From Ostreococcus lucimarinus (lineage: Eukaryota), in NCBI GenBank assembly GCA_000092065.1, contig CP000585.1: a DNA stretch of 64,000 nucleotides. One strand, written 5' to 3'. The number at the start of each line of letters is the position of its first letter. The stretch's first letter is position 1. Positions 50,772 to 59,735 of this stretch are shown here, in pieces. Position numbers and translations under genes: made by a program. The notes beneath the pieces were generated by a model. The model made no database searches. It was not told where the DNA came from and worked only from the letters and a program-made list of their open reading frames with translations.

Positions 50772-52046
50772 ATGGCGCCCGGACGGGCGAAGAAGCGCGC
50801 GACGCCGGACGAGGGCGTGAACTTCGCGCTGAAACGCCTGCGCGACGGGCGCGATGGACGCGAGGGCTCGCTCGATGAGGTGCTCGCAAAGGTGCGGGCG
50901 CTCGAGCGCGCGGTGAAGGCGAAGCGAGGCGGACGGCGGACGCTGGACGATCTCGGATTGGCGACGACGTATCGCGAGGTCGAGGACAGGGACGCGAGGG
51001 AGATCGCGGCGGCGATCGAGCAGGTGATGATCGCGGCGGCGAAGAGCATCGTGGCGGGCGACGGGTTCGAATACGTGCTGCCGAGTCGAGGGGCGACGGA
51101 TCAGGTGTACGTGGAGGCGCTCGATCGAATCGTGCTGAAGAATAAGACGACGAAAGCGAATTTTGCGGCGGTGTCGAGCGTGCGGAAGGTGACGATTCTG
51201 ACGCGGGTGATGCAGTTGGTGCACGGGGTGCTGAGTCGCGGGATTCACGTCACGAAGCGGGATTTGTTTTACACCGACGTCAAGTTGTTCAAGGATCAGA
51301 AGGATTCCGACGCGGTGTTGGACGATATTTCGTGCATGCTCGGATGCACGCGTAACTCGCTGCACGTCGTGGCGTCGGAAAAGGGCGTCGTCGTCGGACG
51401 GTTGCAATACAAGGAGGACGGCGACGAAATCGACTGCACGAAGATGGGAGTGGGCGGTAAGGCGATTCCGAGCAACATCGATAAAGTGAGGGATATGCGC
51501 ACCGACGCCAAGTTCGTACTGCTCGTCGAGAAAGATGCGGCGTTCATGCGCCTCGCCGAGGACCGATTTTACAACAAGTACCCGTGCATAATCATAACCG
51601 CCAAAGGACAACCCGACGTCGCGACGCGCTTGTTCTTGAGCAAGGTGAAGAGAGATTTGAAAATCCCGGTGTTAGCGCTGGTTGACGCCGATCCGTACGG
51701 GTTGAAAATCATCTCAGTGTACATGCAAGGTTCGAAGAACATGGCTTTCGATAGCGGAAACCTCACCACGCCCGATATCAAATGGCTCGGCGTCCGCCCG
51801 AGCGATTTGGACAAGTTCAAAATCCCCGAACAGTGTCGCCTAGAGATGACGGCAAAGGATATTGAAACGGGGCATCACATGCTCAACGAGGATTTCATTA
51901 AAAGCAACCCGGAGTGGGTGAAGGAAATCAACATCATGCTCGAAACGAAAACCAAGGCGGAAATTCAGTCGTTGAGTAGCTACGGCTTTCAATACCTGAG
52001 CGAGGTGTACTTGCCTTTGAAGCTGTTAGAAGGGGACTGGATTTAG
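50772..52046 (+). CDS. SPO11: SPO11/topoisomerase VI subunit A family (meiotic DSB-forming transesterase or Top6A)
   Basis: Toprim region [73 protein letters not shown] (E...DxD metal site, classic SPO11 motif V). The catalytic-Tyr winged-helix region is upstream. The ATG is at 50772 (track start 50616 is GTG). Whether this is SPO11-1/2 or TOP6A cannot be decided by eye. Confidence 0.85.
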   Translation: MAPGRAKKRATPDEGVNFALKRLRDGRDGREGSLDEVLAKVRALERAVKAKRGGRRTLDDLGLATTYREVEDRDAREIAAAIEQVMIAAAKSIVAGDGFEYVLPSRGATDQVYVEALDRIVLKNKTTKANFAAVSSVRKVTILTRVMQLVHGVLSRGIHVTKRDLFYTDVKLFKDQKDSDAVLDDISCMLGCTRNSLHVVASEKGVVVGRLQYKEDGDEIDCTKMGVGGKAIPSNIDKVRDMRTDAKFVLLVEKDAAFMRLAEDRFYNKYPCIIITAKGQPDVATRLFLSKVKRDLKIPVLALVDADPYGLKIISVYMQGSKNMAFDSGNLTTPDIKWLGVRPSDLDKFKIPEQCRLEMTAKDIETGHHMLNEDFIKSNPEWVKEINIMLETKTKAEIQSLSSYGFQYLSEVYLPLKLLEGDWI

Positions 52047-52127
52047 ACGTTTGTACAATAGAAGACGACTCGAACGTAAATTTACTCGCTAAGAATCAAT
52101 CACTTGCACGGGCTATACTACTATTTG

Positions 52128-53231
52128 CTAGAACCAATGGAGCATCTTCCTTCCATTTGTGATGCTTTTTATCTCCGACTCGTGTTGCCGCACGATTCCG
52201 TCGCAACTGACGTAAATTTTGAGCTCGTTCAGGCGCAGCAGGCGCGCGAGGTACATGTCGATCACGAGGCTCGATGGCAAATGACGTAATATCTGCATAG
52301 CGCCTTTCCAGCTCACGACGATGACGGTCGTTCTCGAAAACGTCGTGAACGCCCTGAACAATTTCACTCCTTCGTCGGCGTTCGTCGGGCGACGAACTCT
52401 CACGCGGTGCAACCATGACGACGGGGCACGCCATACAGACTCGCGACAATACTCCGGATTCGCATCCAACGATATGATGTCGTAATCATCGGGTACTGAA
52501 TTCAGCAAGGTGCCAAACTTGCGCTCGAACAACTCAAAGTCTACGTTTGCGTCGTCTTCAAAGATTACGATGGATTGTTCGCGCACGGCGCGGTCTCTAC
52601 GCTCAGCCTCCATCCCAACCCTCAACGCCGTTTGAACGTCCGGCCACGGTTCCTCGCGCTCACCGTTTTGCGCCGACACGAAATTCGCCAGAATCCCAAA
52701 CGACGCTAAGTTTCCAATGGCGCTAAACCGAATCGCGTCGCCCTGGTACAACCGATGCTTCTCGATGTCCGCCGTGACGCTCGCGTACGCCGCTCGCGGA
52801 TGCACCAGCGCGTTCGCGTACGTGCGCCACGCGTTCTCCCCATCCCGTCTCGACCAAAACGTCCGAATCTTCCTGTTCTCCTCGTAGCGAACGACGTATC
52901 CTCGCCCCTCGATCTCTCGCGCCTGCTCCGCTCGCTCGAGCTTCGTCGCGTTCGTCGCCGCGCACGCCGTCGCGTGCCTCGACCGTTCCAACATCGCGCA
53001 CAACCGCCGCGCGTTCTCCGCGCGCTCGGGAATCCACGACGACGTCAACACGCGCGCCCGCGTCGGCGTCGCGCGCGCGCCCGCGTCGTCCCGCGTCGAC
53101 GCGCCGAACCACGCGTCCGTCCTCGTCCCAACCGACCCAAACGTTCGCGCCAAAACCAACGCGCAGACGACCGCCAGCGCGCACGCGCGCGCGCACCGTC
53201 GCGGTTTACGCCGCGCGACGCTCGGCGCCAT
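52128..53231 (-). CDS. Glycosyltransferase family 25-like (type-II membrane, LPS/collagen galactosyltransferase-type fold)
   Basis: N-terminal TM helix CARACALAVVCALVLA. IVIFEDDANVDFELFERKFGTLLNSVPDDYDIISLDANPEY fits the GT25 pattern ILEDDV.F...F...L...LP.DWDLIYLG, and the later VIDMYL fits the P-D-x-L block. Assignment is by motif memory only. Confidence 0.55.
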   Translation of the reverse strand: MAPSVARRKPRRCARACALAVVCALVLARTFGSVGTRTDAWFGASTRDDAGARATPTRARVLTSSWIPERAENARRLCAMLERSRHATACAATNATKLERAEQAREIEGRGYVVRYEENRKIRTFWSRRDGENAWRTYANALVHPRAAYASVTADIEKHRLYQGDAIRFSAIGNLASFGILANFVSAQNGEREEPWPDVQTALRVGMEAERRDRAVREQSIVIFEDDANVDFELFERKFGTLLNSVPDDYDIISLDANPEYCRESVWRAPSSWLHRVRVRRPTNADEGVKLFRAFTTFSRTTVIVVSWKGAMQILRHLPSSLVIDMYLARLLRLNELKIYVSCDGIVRQHESEIKSITNGRKMLHWF

Positions 53232-53342
53232 CGCCGCGCGCTCGGACGCGCGCGCGGTCGCCGCGGCGGCGCGCTCTGCCGTTCGAATCGTTTCGAGCGC
53301 TCGTCAGACGGCCGCGCGCGACGACCCGCGCGCGCGACGCGA

Positions 53343-53624
53343 ATGTCGCCGCCGTCCGTCCCGCGCGAGCTCGTGTACGCCATCGCGCGCGCCGCGTGGG
53401 TCGCGGACGACGATCGCGAGCGCCGCGAGCGCGGCGTCGAGCGCGAGTTCGACGCGACGGCGAAGCCGGAGGCGCTGGAGGTGATGGCGACGCTCGTCGA
53501 GGCGTTCGTCGAGGAGGCGACGCATCGCGCGTGCGCGCTGGCCACGCTCGAGGGCGCGCGCGCGGTGGACGGAGAACACCTCGAACGCGTGTTGCCGCAG
53601 TTGATGCTGGATTTCGCGGGGTGA
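53343..53624 (+). CDS. CENPX: CENP-X / MHF2 (FANCM-associated histone-fold protein 2)
   Basis: The 93-aa ORF MSPPSVPRELVYAIARAAW...KPEALEVMATLVEAFVEEATHRACALATLEGARAVDGEHLERVLPQLMLDFAG aligns along its whole length with human CENP-X (FRKELVSRLLHLHF...[49 protein letters not shown]), including the terminal [12 protein letters not shown] motif. It is embedded in the 3' end of a longer R-rich track ORF (52755..53624) and overlapped by antisense ORFs, so it is easy to miss. Confidence 0.75.
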   Translation: MSPPSVPRELVYAIARAAWVADDDRERRERGVEREFDATAKPEALEVMATLVEAFVEEATHRACALATLEGARAVDGEHLERVLPQLMLDFAG

Positions 53625-53831
53625 GCGCGACGGCGACGGCAGCGCGAGACGTCGCGGCGGCGGCGGCGACGGCGGCGACGATAGAGCGCGAGGATAGAAT
53701 GTAAAGAAATTAGAGGTTCACGCGCTTGAGTGCGTTAAAAGTGGTCGTCGCGCGCGCGGGGGACGAACGAGGCGGCGTCGAAACGGCGCCTCGTTCCAAC
53801 CGTCAAAGCTCCGAATCGCGGAAAACGATAA

Positions 53832-54416
53832 TCATCTCTCCGGTTCGGGATTACCGGCGACGGAGACTAAGTTGATGCAGTAGCGGTTACCGTTACGGTC
53901 TGGCAAATTATGTCCCAAGTGCGTTCCCGTCGTGCTGACGCACTCGCCGTCGCGCAAACATCGGACGTTTTCTTGCACCATCTCCGCGTCTCTGAAGCTC
54001 GGCCAACCGTGCGCTCTGGACTCCTTCTCGAATTCCGCCCACGTTCGCCCTCGAGGTGCGATGAAAAGCGGCGCGCCCGTCACTGAATCGTAATACGTCA
54101 CCTCGCCTTTATCCTTCACCTCGGAGATCCAGTTCGTGCTCCACGCGTACCCGGCGTGTTCCGCGTAGTGCCTGTTAAAGTTGCAAATTCGATCCGCGAG
54201 TTCGCGATCGCTGCCGTAGCGCAGATTCTTCATCACCGCGTGCTCGCTCGTGCCGTGCGCCTTTTGCGACATCACGCTCTCGTCGGCGACGATCGGCAGG
54301 CCCTTCAAACCTTCGGGTATCGGGGCGCCTTTGCATCCATCGGACACGCCCGGAATCTTCGCGCCGTCGAGGAACGCGCGCGTCGCGGGCGACGATCGCG
54401 ACGCGCTCGCGCCCAT
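53832..54416 (-). CDS. MsrB (SelR)-domain protein, methionine-R-sulfoxide reductase-like, with N-terminal MGxxxS motif
   Basis: C-terminal GWPSFRDAEM...HLGHNLPDRNGNRYCINLVS matches the MsrB signature (GWPSF...HLGHVF.DGP...RYCINS) with the catalytic Cys retained. The ATG at 54416 gives MGASASRSS (N-myristoylation-like). In-frame upstream ATGs (54476, 54608) would add an R-rich extension. Confidence 0.6.
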   Translation of the reverse strand: MGASASRSSPATRAFLDGAKIPGVSDGCKGAPIPEGLKGLPIVADESVMSQKAHGTSEHAVMKNLRYGSDRELADRICNFNRHYAEHAGYAWSTNWISEVKDKGEVTYYDSVTGAPLFIAPRGRTWAEFEKESRAHGWPSFRDAEMVQENVRCLRDGECVSTTGTHLGHNLPDRNGNRYCINLVSVAGNPEPER

Positions 54417-54553
54417 GATGGACGCCTTCGCGCGGAGTGGTCGCGCGATCAGGGACGCCCGCGCGGTGCGCATCGCGTCGACGAGTGGCGCGCGCGTCGC
54501 GGTCGAGCGATGACGTGTCCCGCTGGCGCGACGTCCGGACAGCTCGACGCGCG

Positions 54554-55753
54554 ATGCGGGCGTCGACGGCGACCGCGGCGCGCGCGCGCGCGCGCGGAAA
54601 CGTCGCACCGTCGACGCGACGCGCGGAGGCGACGCGGGCGCGCGCGGTGAGCCGACGCGAGGGTGTTTTACTCGCGACGATGCTTTCGGTGAGTCTCGCG
54701 GGACGACGACGCGCGACGGCGGCGGAGGAAGACGAGGACGGCGCGACGACGACGACGACGACTGAGACGAAGAAAAGGGTCGTGATTACCGGGTCGAACT
54801 CGGGGATCGGGCTCGACGCGGCGACGAAACTCGCGGCGAGCGGGGACTGGGTCGTCGTGTTGGCGTGCCGAACGCGCGCGAAGGCGGAGGCGGCCAAGGC
54901 GAATATATTGTCTGCGACGAACGCGGACGGGGCGAACATCGAGTGCGTCGAGTGCGATTTGTCGAGTTTGGACTCGGTGCGCGCTTTCGTGCGCGAGGTG
55001 AGGAAAACGGGCGGTGTCGACGCTTTGTGTCTGAACGCCGGCGTGGAATACAGCGGCGATCCCGTGGTGCATCGAACGAGGGACGGTTTCGAGGAGACGT
55101 TCGGTGTGAACCATTTGGGGCACTTTTTGCTCGCCAACTTGTTATTGGAGGATCTCGAAAAGTCGAGCGAGGCGCATCCGCGAATCGTCGTGACGGCGAG
55201 CGAGGTGCACGACCCGGCGTCGCCGGGAGGATCGGTGGGCAGCGGCGCGCACATCGGCGACTTGCGAGGCCTCGAACGCGACGGCGCGGCGTTCGAGATG
55301 GCGGACGGTGAAGCGTTCGACGCCGATAAGGCGTACAAAGACTCTAAGTTGGCGAACATGCTCTTCATGTACGAGCTCGAGCGACGCCTGCAGGCGAGAA
55401 ACTCGAAAATCACGGTGAACGCGTTCGGTCCGGGACTCATCACGCGCACCGGCTTATTTCGCAACCAAAATCCTCTCTTCGTCAAAGTCTTCGACTTCGC
55501 CACGAACGAGATTTTCCACGTCGCAGAAACCGTTTCCGGAGGTGGGAACTGCTTAGTCTTCATGCTCACCGACCCTTCGCTCGAGGGCAGCGGGGGCGTG
55601 TACTGGAACAACGATTTGTCGCCCGGCGCGCCGCCGTCCCTCGTCGCCGCCGGACACAAATTCGCTCAAACCAACTCTTCTGTCGAATCAAACGATGCCG
55701 TCGAAGCGCAAAAGCTTTGGAAGCTCAGCGAATCGCTCGTCGGGTTGGCCTAG
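54554..55753 (+). CDS. Short-chain dehydrogenase/reductase, light-dependent protochlorophyllide oxidoreductase (POR)-like
   Basis: [45 protein letters not shown] matches POR [63 protein letters not shown] matches POR YKDSKVCNMLTM (catalytic Y-x3-K), and GVYWNND matches POR GVYWSWNN. The start is either ATG 54554 (S/T/R/A-rich transit-peptide-like extension) or 54680. Confidence 0.8.
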   Translation: [399 protein letters not shown]

Positions 55754-55847
55754 CGCCGCGTCGCGCTCGTTGTTATATACTCGATACGTCGCGTACGCTC
55801 GCGCTCGCGCTCTCGCACTCGCTCGCTCGTCACAACTCGTCGTCGCC

Positions 55848-56660
55848 ATGCGCACCGTCGCCCACGCGCGCGTCTCCCCGACGTCGTCGTCCCGGCCATC
55901 GACGTCGGCGTCTGCGTTGGCGCGTCGCGCCTCCTTCCGCGTCGCCGTGCGCGGCGACACCGCGCGCGACGCGTTTTTCGCGCTCGGTCCCGCTCGACCG
56001 CGCGCGCGCCGCGCGCACGCCGCGCCGCGCGCGTTCCTGTGGTGGAGCCGCGAGAAGGAGCTGCGCAAGCGATGGAAGCAGCTCGCCGACTTCGCCGCGG
56101 ACGAGATCCCGGAGAGCTCGCCGTTGGCACGCTCGAAAGGACTCATCCAGTGGGTGGGTGAATATCCGCTCACGGCGGCGTCCGCGGCGACGGCCATCGC
56201 CGGCGGCGTCAGCGCGCTGATCTCCGCCGCGGTGTTGCCCGTCGTCGTCGGCGTCGCCGTGCTCGCGCTGCCGGGCTTGCTGTTCGCGTTCGTCGGTACG
56301 GCGGCGGTGGCGTCGCTCGTCGGAGCGCTCGTGCTGCTGCTGTCGCTGCCGGCGTTGGGATTTTTGTCGGTGTTCGGAGGGACGATCGCCGCGGCGGCGA
56401 GCGCAAAGTTATTACCGATCGCGATCATCGGGTCGGGACTGTTGTTCGGCGCGAACGCGATCAAGTGGGGGATGTCGGGCGACGCTCGCGCGGAGCGCTT
56501 GAAGGCGGGCGCCGACGTCGACGACGACGCTTGGTCGCCTCGAAACGTCAACGCCGTCGACGACACGGACGAAAGCAGCAGCTCGGAAGATTACGAGGAA
56601 ACAGTTAAACGTAATTTCGACGCGCGTTTGCGCGCCTTAGACGAAAAGAAGAAGAAGTGA
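55848..56660 (+). CDS. Hypothetical membrane protein with plastid-transit-peptide-like N-terminus and G/A/V/L-rich TM helices
   Basis: The ATG at 55848 opens MRTVAHARVSPTSSSRPSTSASALARRASFRVAVRG.... Two or three long hydrophobic segments (AAVLPVVVGVAVLALPGLLFAFVGTAAVASLVGALVLLLSLPALGFLSVFGG) are followed by an acidic C-terminus. The opposite-strand ORF 55688..56566 is A/S/T-rich and judged antisense. Confidence 0.45.
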   Translation: MRTVAHARVSPTSSSRPSTSASALARRASFRVAVRGDTARDAFFALGPARPRARRAHAAPRAFLWWSREKELRKRWKQLADFAADEIPESSPLARSKGLIQWVGEYPLTAASAATAIAGGVSALISAAVLPVVVGVAVLALPGLLFAFVGTAAVASLVGALVLLLSLPALGFLSVFGGTIAAAASAKLLPIAIIGSGLLFGANAIKWGMSGDARAERLKAGADVDDDAWSPRNVNAVDDTDESSSSEDYEETVKRNFDARLRALDEKKKK

Positions 56661-56718
56661 TGTTGTAGCCCGTGTAAAGCGTCACTCCTCGCCGCGCTCT
56701 ATCCAGTAACCACCGACG

Positions 56719-57650
56719 ATGACCGCGCTCGAAGAAATCTCCACCGACGAGCTCATGCGCGAGATTCAGCGGCGGCTGGAGTGCCAAAATAAGCCAGACA
56801 AGCGCTTGATCCTCATCGGTCCGCCGGGATGCGGCAAGGTGCGCGTTTTCGACCGTCAACTTCGACCGTCAAAACCTCAAAAAGCGCGCTTCGGGACACC
56901 CGACTGACGACGCGTCTCGACGCCGAACAGGGAACGCAATCGCCTAAGATTAAATCCGACCACTGCCTGTGCCACCTCGCGACGGGGGACATGTTACGCG
57001 CGGCGGTGGCGGCGAAAACGCCGAACGGCGTGAAGGCCAAGCAAGCCATGGAGAGCGGAGCGCTCGTGAGCGACGATATCGTGGTCGGGTGCGTGTGGAG
57101 CGTTGCGATGGCGCGTTCGAGCGCGAGTGATGATACACGAGGCCCTACGCTGTGTTCTTGTGTCCTGCGCGGTGACTGACAGAGATGCTTCACTTGTGAA
57201 TGTAGGATTATCGAGGAAGCCGTCAAGGCGCCCGAGTGCCGAAACGGTTTCATTTTGGACGGGTTCCCGAGAACGGTGCCGCAAGCGGTGAAGTTGGACG
57301 AGATGCTCTCTGCGAAAGGGGTATCGATCGATGCAGTGCTGAACTTTGAAGTGCCGGATGAGGTACTCGTAGAAAGGGTGGAGGGACGATGGATCCACCC
57401 CGCGAGCGGGCGATCGTACCACACGAAGTTTGCTCCGCCGAAGGTTGAAGGGAAGGATGATTTCACGGGAGAACCTTTAATTAAGCGTAAGGATGACAAC
57501 GCGGAGACCCTTAAGTCACGCTTGCAAGCGTTTCACACGCAAACGCAACCGGTTATCGATTACTACGCGATAGCAAAGAAGGTTACTGAAATTCACGCCA
57601 ACAAACCAGCCAGCGATGTCGAAGCGCAAATTGCAGCGGCGTTGAAGTAG
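56719..57650 (+). CDS. ADK: Adenylate kinase (AK2/ADK-type, long LID), 3 exons
   Basis: Exon 1 56719..56838 (MTALEE...[12 protein letters not shown]-loop). Exon 2 56931..57088 ([53 protein letters not shown]). Exon 3 57206..57650 ([34 protein letters not shown]...[61 protein letters not shown]). The joined protein is colinear with AK2. Donors are AAG|GTGCGCG and GG|GTGCGTG; acceptors are AACAG| and TGTAG|. Confidence 0.9.
56839..56930 (+). other. Spliceosomal intron 1 of adenylate kinase (92 nt, phase 0)
   Basis: GTGCGCG...CCGACTGACGACG...GAACAG; the ACTGAC branch-like motif lies 23 nt upstream of the acceptor. Confidence 0.8.
57089..57205 (+). other. Spliceosomal intron 2 of adenylate kinase (117 nt, phase 2)
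   Basis: GTGCGTG...GGTGACTGACAGAG...AATGTAG; the ACTGAC motif lies ~30 nt upstream of the acceptor. Confidence 0.8.
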
Positions 57651-57685
57651 TTGAGTGCAAATCACGGTGTAACAAAACAAAAGGA

Positions 57686-59557
57686 CTACTCTTCATATGT
57701 GTATGTACTCGCGTCAGACTTACCAAACATGAGCTCTGCCGTCGAAAGCTCGCTTTCGTCAAACTCTTCCTCGTCTTCGTCGTCCGAATCTCCAGGCGCC
57801 TCCAAGCCAAGAATGGACGAAAGCCGTTCCAACAGGGGGCGGAAAGTGCTCGCCGCCGGCGACAAGTCCGTGGCCCCAACAGAAGCTTCGGCCATTTGCT
57901 GCGAGCACATGTTTCTGATCTCGATCGCCCGAACGTCGTCGCCTTCTCTCTCCTCCATCATGGCCCACGTAAGCCACGTGCGCTCGCTGCTCGCGTCGAC
58001 GTTAACCGCACATTTGAAGAGCTGTCGCGCGAGGGAGATATTTTCTTCTCGCGATTCCAATACCCCCCATGCATGAAACAAGCGCGCGGCGTCTCGATTC
58101 TTTGGATTAACCCATACGCCTCGTTGAAACAGATTGCGCGCGCGATCGATTTCTCCCGCTCGCCACTCCGCCATCGCCCATGCGTTCCAGTTCGCCTGGT
58201 GTTGGGGATCCATCATCGTCCCTTGCTCAAAGTACTTGCGCGCCTGTTCCAGATTCCCTTGCTCTGCCTCGAGCTTTGCGAGTGCTTGAAGCAAATGCGT
58301 GTCCAAGGGATTCAATTTGCATCCCTTGGTCAGGAGCTCCTTCGCGCGGTCGCAATACCCGAGCTTGGCTTCCCACACCCCCCACGCGAGCCAAATAAAC
58401 TTGCTCTTCGGGGCAACCATCAAACCCTTTTGAAAAAGCTTGCGCGCTTGCTCTTCGTCGCCCGCTTTCGCTTCTAACATGGCCCAAGAGCGCCAGATGG
58501 CGCCAGATTTCGCTCCCGCCTCTGTGCGAACGCCTTGCCTGAAATGTTCCCTCGCCTCGGAGATACGCCCGCGCTCGAGCGCCATGACGCCGAGCGAGTG
58601 GTACAGATGGGCAGACGCATCCATCGGCGGCACCAACCGCACACCTTTGATGTACAATTCTCTGGCGCGCTGATAATTTCCCAAGTTCTTTTCCATCGAT
58701 CCCCATCCGTGCCAAGCCGCGGCGTGCGTTTTATCCGCCGCCGTCGCCGCGTCGTAATACTTTCTCGCCAGCGCAATGTTCCCAGCCTTTTCCTCGAGCA
58801 CGGCGAGAGCAACCCACAAATACGCGTTGTCTCCTCCCTTGGCGTCGCATCCAGCTTGGTAAATCGCGCGCGCATCATCCAACCGACGCATCTGCACCAG
58901 TGTCTGCCCTATTCCGCAGTACGCGCGCCCATCCGTGACGTCGTACGACATCGCCTTCTCGAACATCGCTATCGCCTCTAAGCGCTTTGCGTTCCTCTCA
59001 TCCACGGATTTCATGAAGCCCGCCTCATTTCGCAATTTCCGCGCGCGGTACAGCGCCAAGTCTTGATTGATCTTGAGCGGCTTCGCGTCTCCGCTCGTCG
59101 CCTCGACGCTCCCCAACATCTGCATCTTCGATCCCGGACTCGCGATCGTCGACGACTCCCCGCTGCGACGACTTCTTTCCAACACCGCGTTCTCGTACGT
59201 CAGCTCGGGCATGGCGCGCGATCTCGCGCCGTTCGCGCTCGTCCGCTCCGTCGTCCCCGCGCCGGCGTCCCGTCGCCTTATCTCCCGCCCATCGCCATCG
59301 TCGTCGTCGTCCAGGCTCATCGACGCGCTCGACGCGCGACACGTTGATCGTTGCGTCCTCCCGCGCCATCGTCGCGCCGTTCGCATCGCTCGCGCGTCGA
59401 CGCGCCGCGCATTTCCCATCGGGACGTCACGATGCGTCGACGTTCGCGTCGACGTCGTCGCGCGTTCCGTCGCCCCGACGCATCGCGCGCGGGCGAGCGC
59501 GCGGGCGTCGACGCTCGCGAGCATCATCGACGCGCTCGCACCGAGGGCGTGGGCCAT
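57686..59557 (-). CDS. HAT (half-a-TPR) repeat protein with plastid transit peptide, HCF107/Mbb1-like (chloroplast mRNA stability/PSII biogenesis)
   Basis: More than 9 tandem HAT/TPR-like repeats with the W-x-x-W-A-x-x-E motif (IWRSWAMLEAKAGDEEQARKLFQKG, FIWLAWGVWEAKLGYCDRAKELLTKG, ANWNAWAMAEWRAGEIDRARNLFQRG, RTWLTWAMMEEREGDDVRAIEIRNM). S/T/R-rich N-terminus. The HCF107/Mbb1 orthology is inferred from architecture. Confidence 0.8.
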   Translation of the reverse strand: MAHALGASASMMLASVDARALARARCVGATERATTSTRTSTHRDVPMGNARRVDARAMRTARRWRGRTQRSTCRASSASMSLDDDDDGDGREIRRRDAGAGTTERTSANGARSRAMPELTYENAVLERSRRSGESSTIASPGSKMQMLGSVEATSGDAKPLKINQDLALYRARKLRNEAGFMKSVDERNAKRLEAIAMFEKAMSYDVTDGRAYCGIGQTLVQMRRLDDARAIYQAGCDAKGGDNAYLWVALAVLEEKAGNIALARKYYDAATAADKTHAAAWHGWGSMEKNLGNYQRARELYIKGVRLVPPMDASAHLYHSLGVMALERGRISEAREHFRQGVRTEAGAKSGAIWRSWAMLEAKAGDEEQARKLFQKGLMVAPKSKFIWLAWGVWEAKLGYCDRAKELLTKGCKLNPLDTHLLQALAKLEAEQGNLEQARKYFEQGTMMDPQHQANWNAWAMAEWRAGEIDRARNLFQRGVWVNPKNRDAARLFHAWGVLESREENISLARQLFKCAVNVDASSERTWLTWAMMEEREGDDVRAIEIRNMCSQQMAEASVGATDLSPAASTFRPLLERLSSILGLEAPGDSDDEDEEEFDESELSTAELMFGKSDASTYTYEE

Positions 59558-59735
59558 CGCGCGTGCGAACGCGCGCGCGTGTGCGGATACGATGATTGGA
59601 ATGCGGCGACTCCAGCGCTGGACGCCGGGCTCGCGGCGAAAGACCCGAACCGAGCGACGGCGAGTCGAGCCAAACGCGCGCGCGGGGTCTACGAGCTAGA
59701 GCTGATTCACTAAATAACTAACGAAGTTGCGCGCG

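Noticed and set aside
50223-51611. 462-aa minus-strand ORF
   Set aside because: It spans the MetRS N-terminus and the antisense of SPO11; its upstream half is R/D/G-rich nonsense. MetRS is better explained by an ATG at 50590.
55688-56566. 292-aa minus-strand ORF
   Set aside because: A/S/T-rich with no hydrophobic or domain structure. The plus-strand frame yields a coherent transit-peptide + TM protein.
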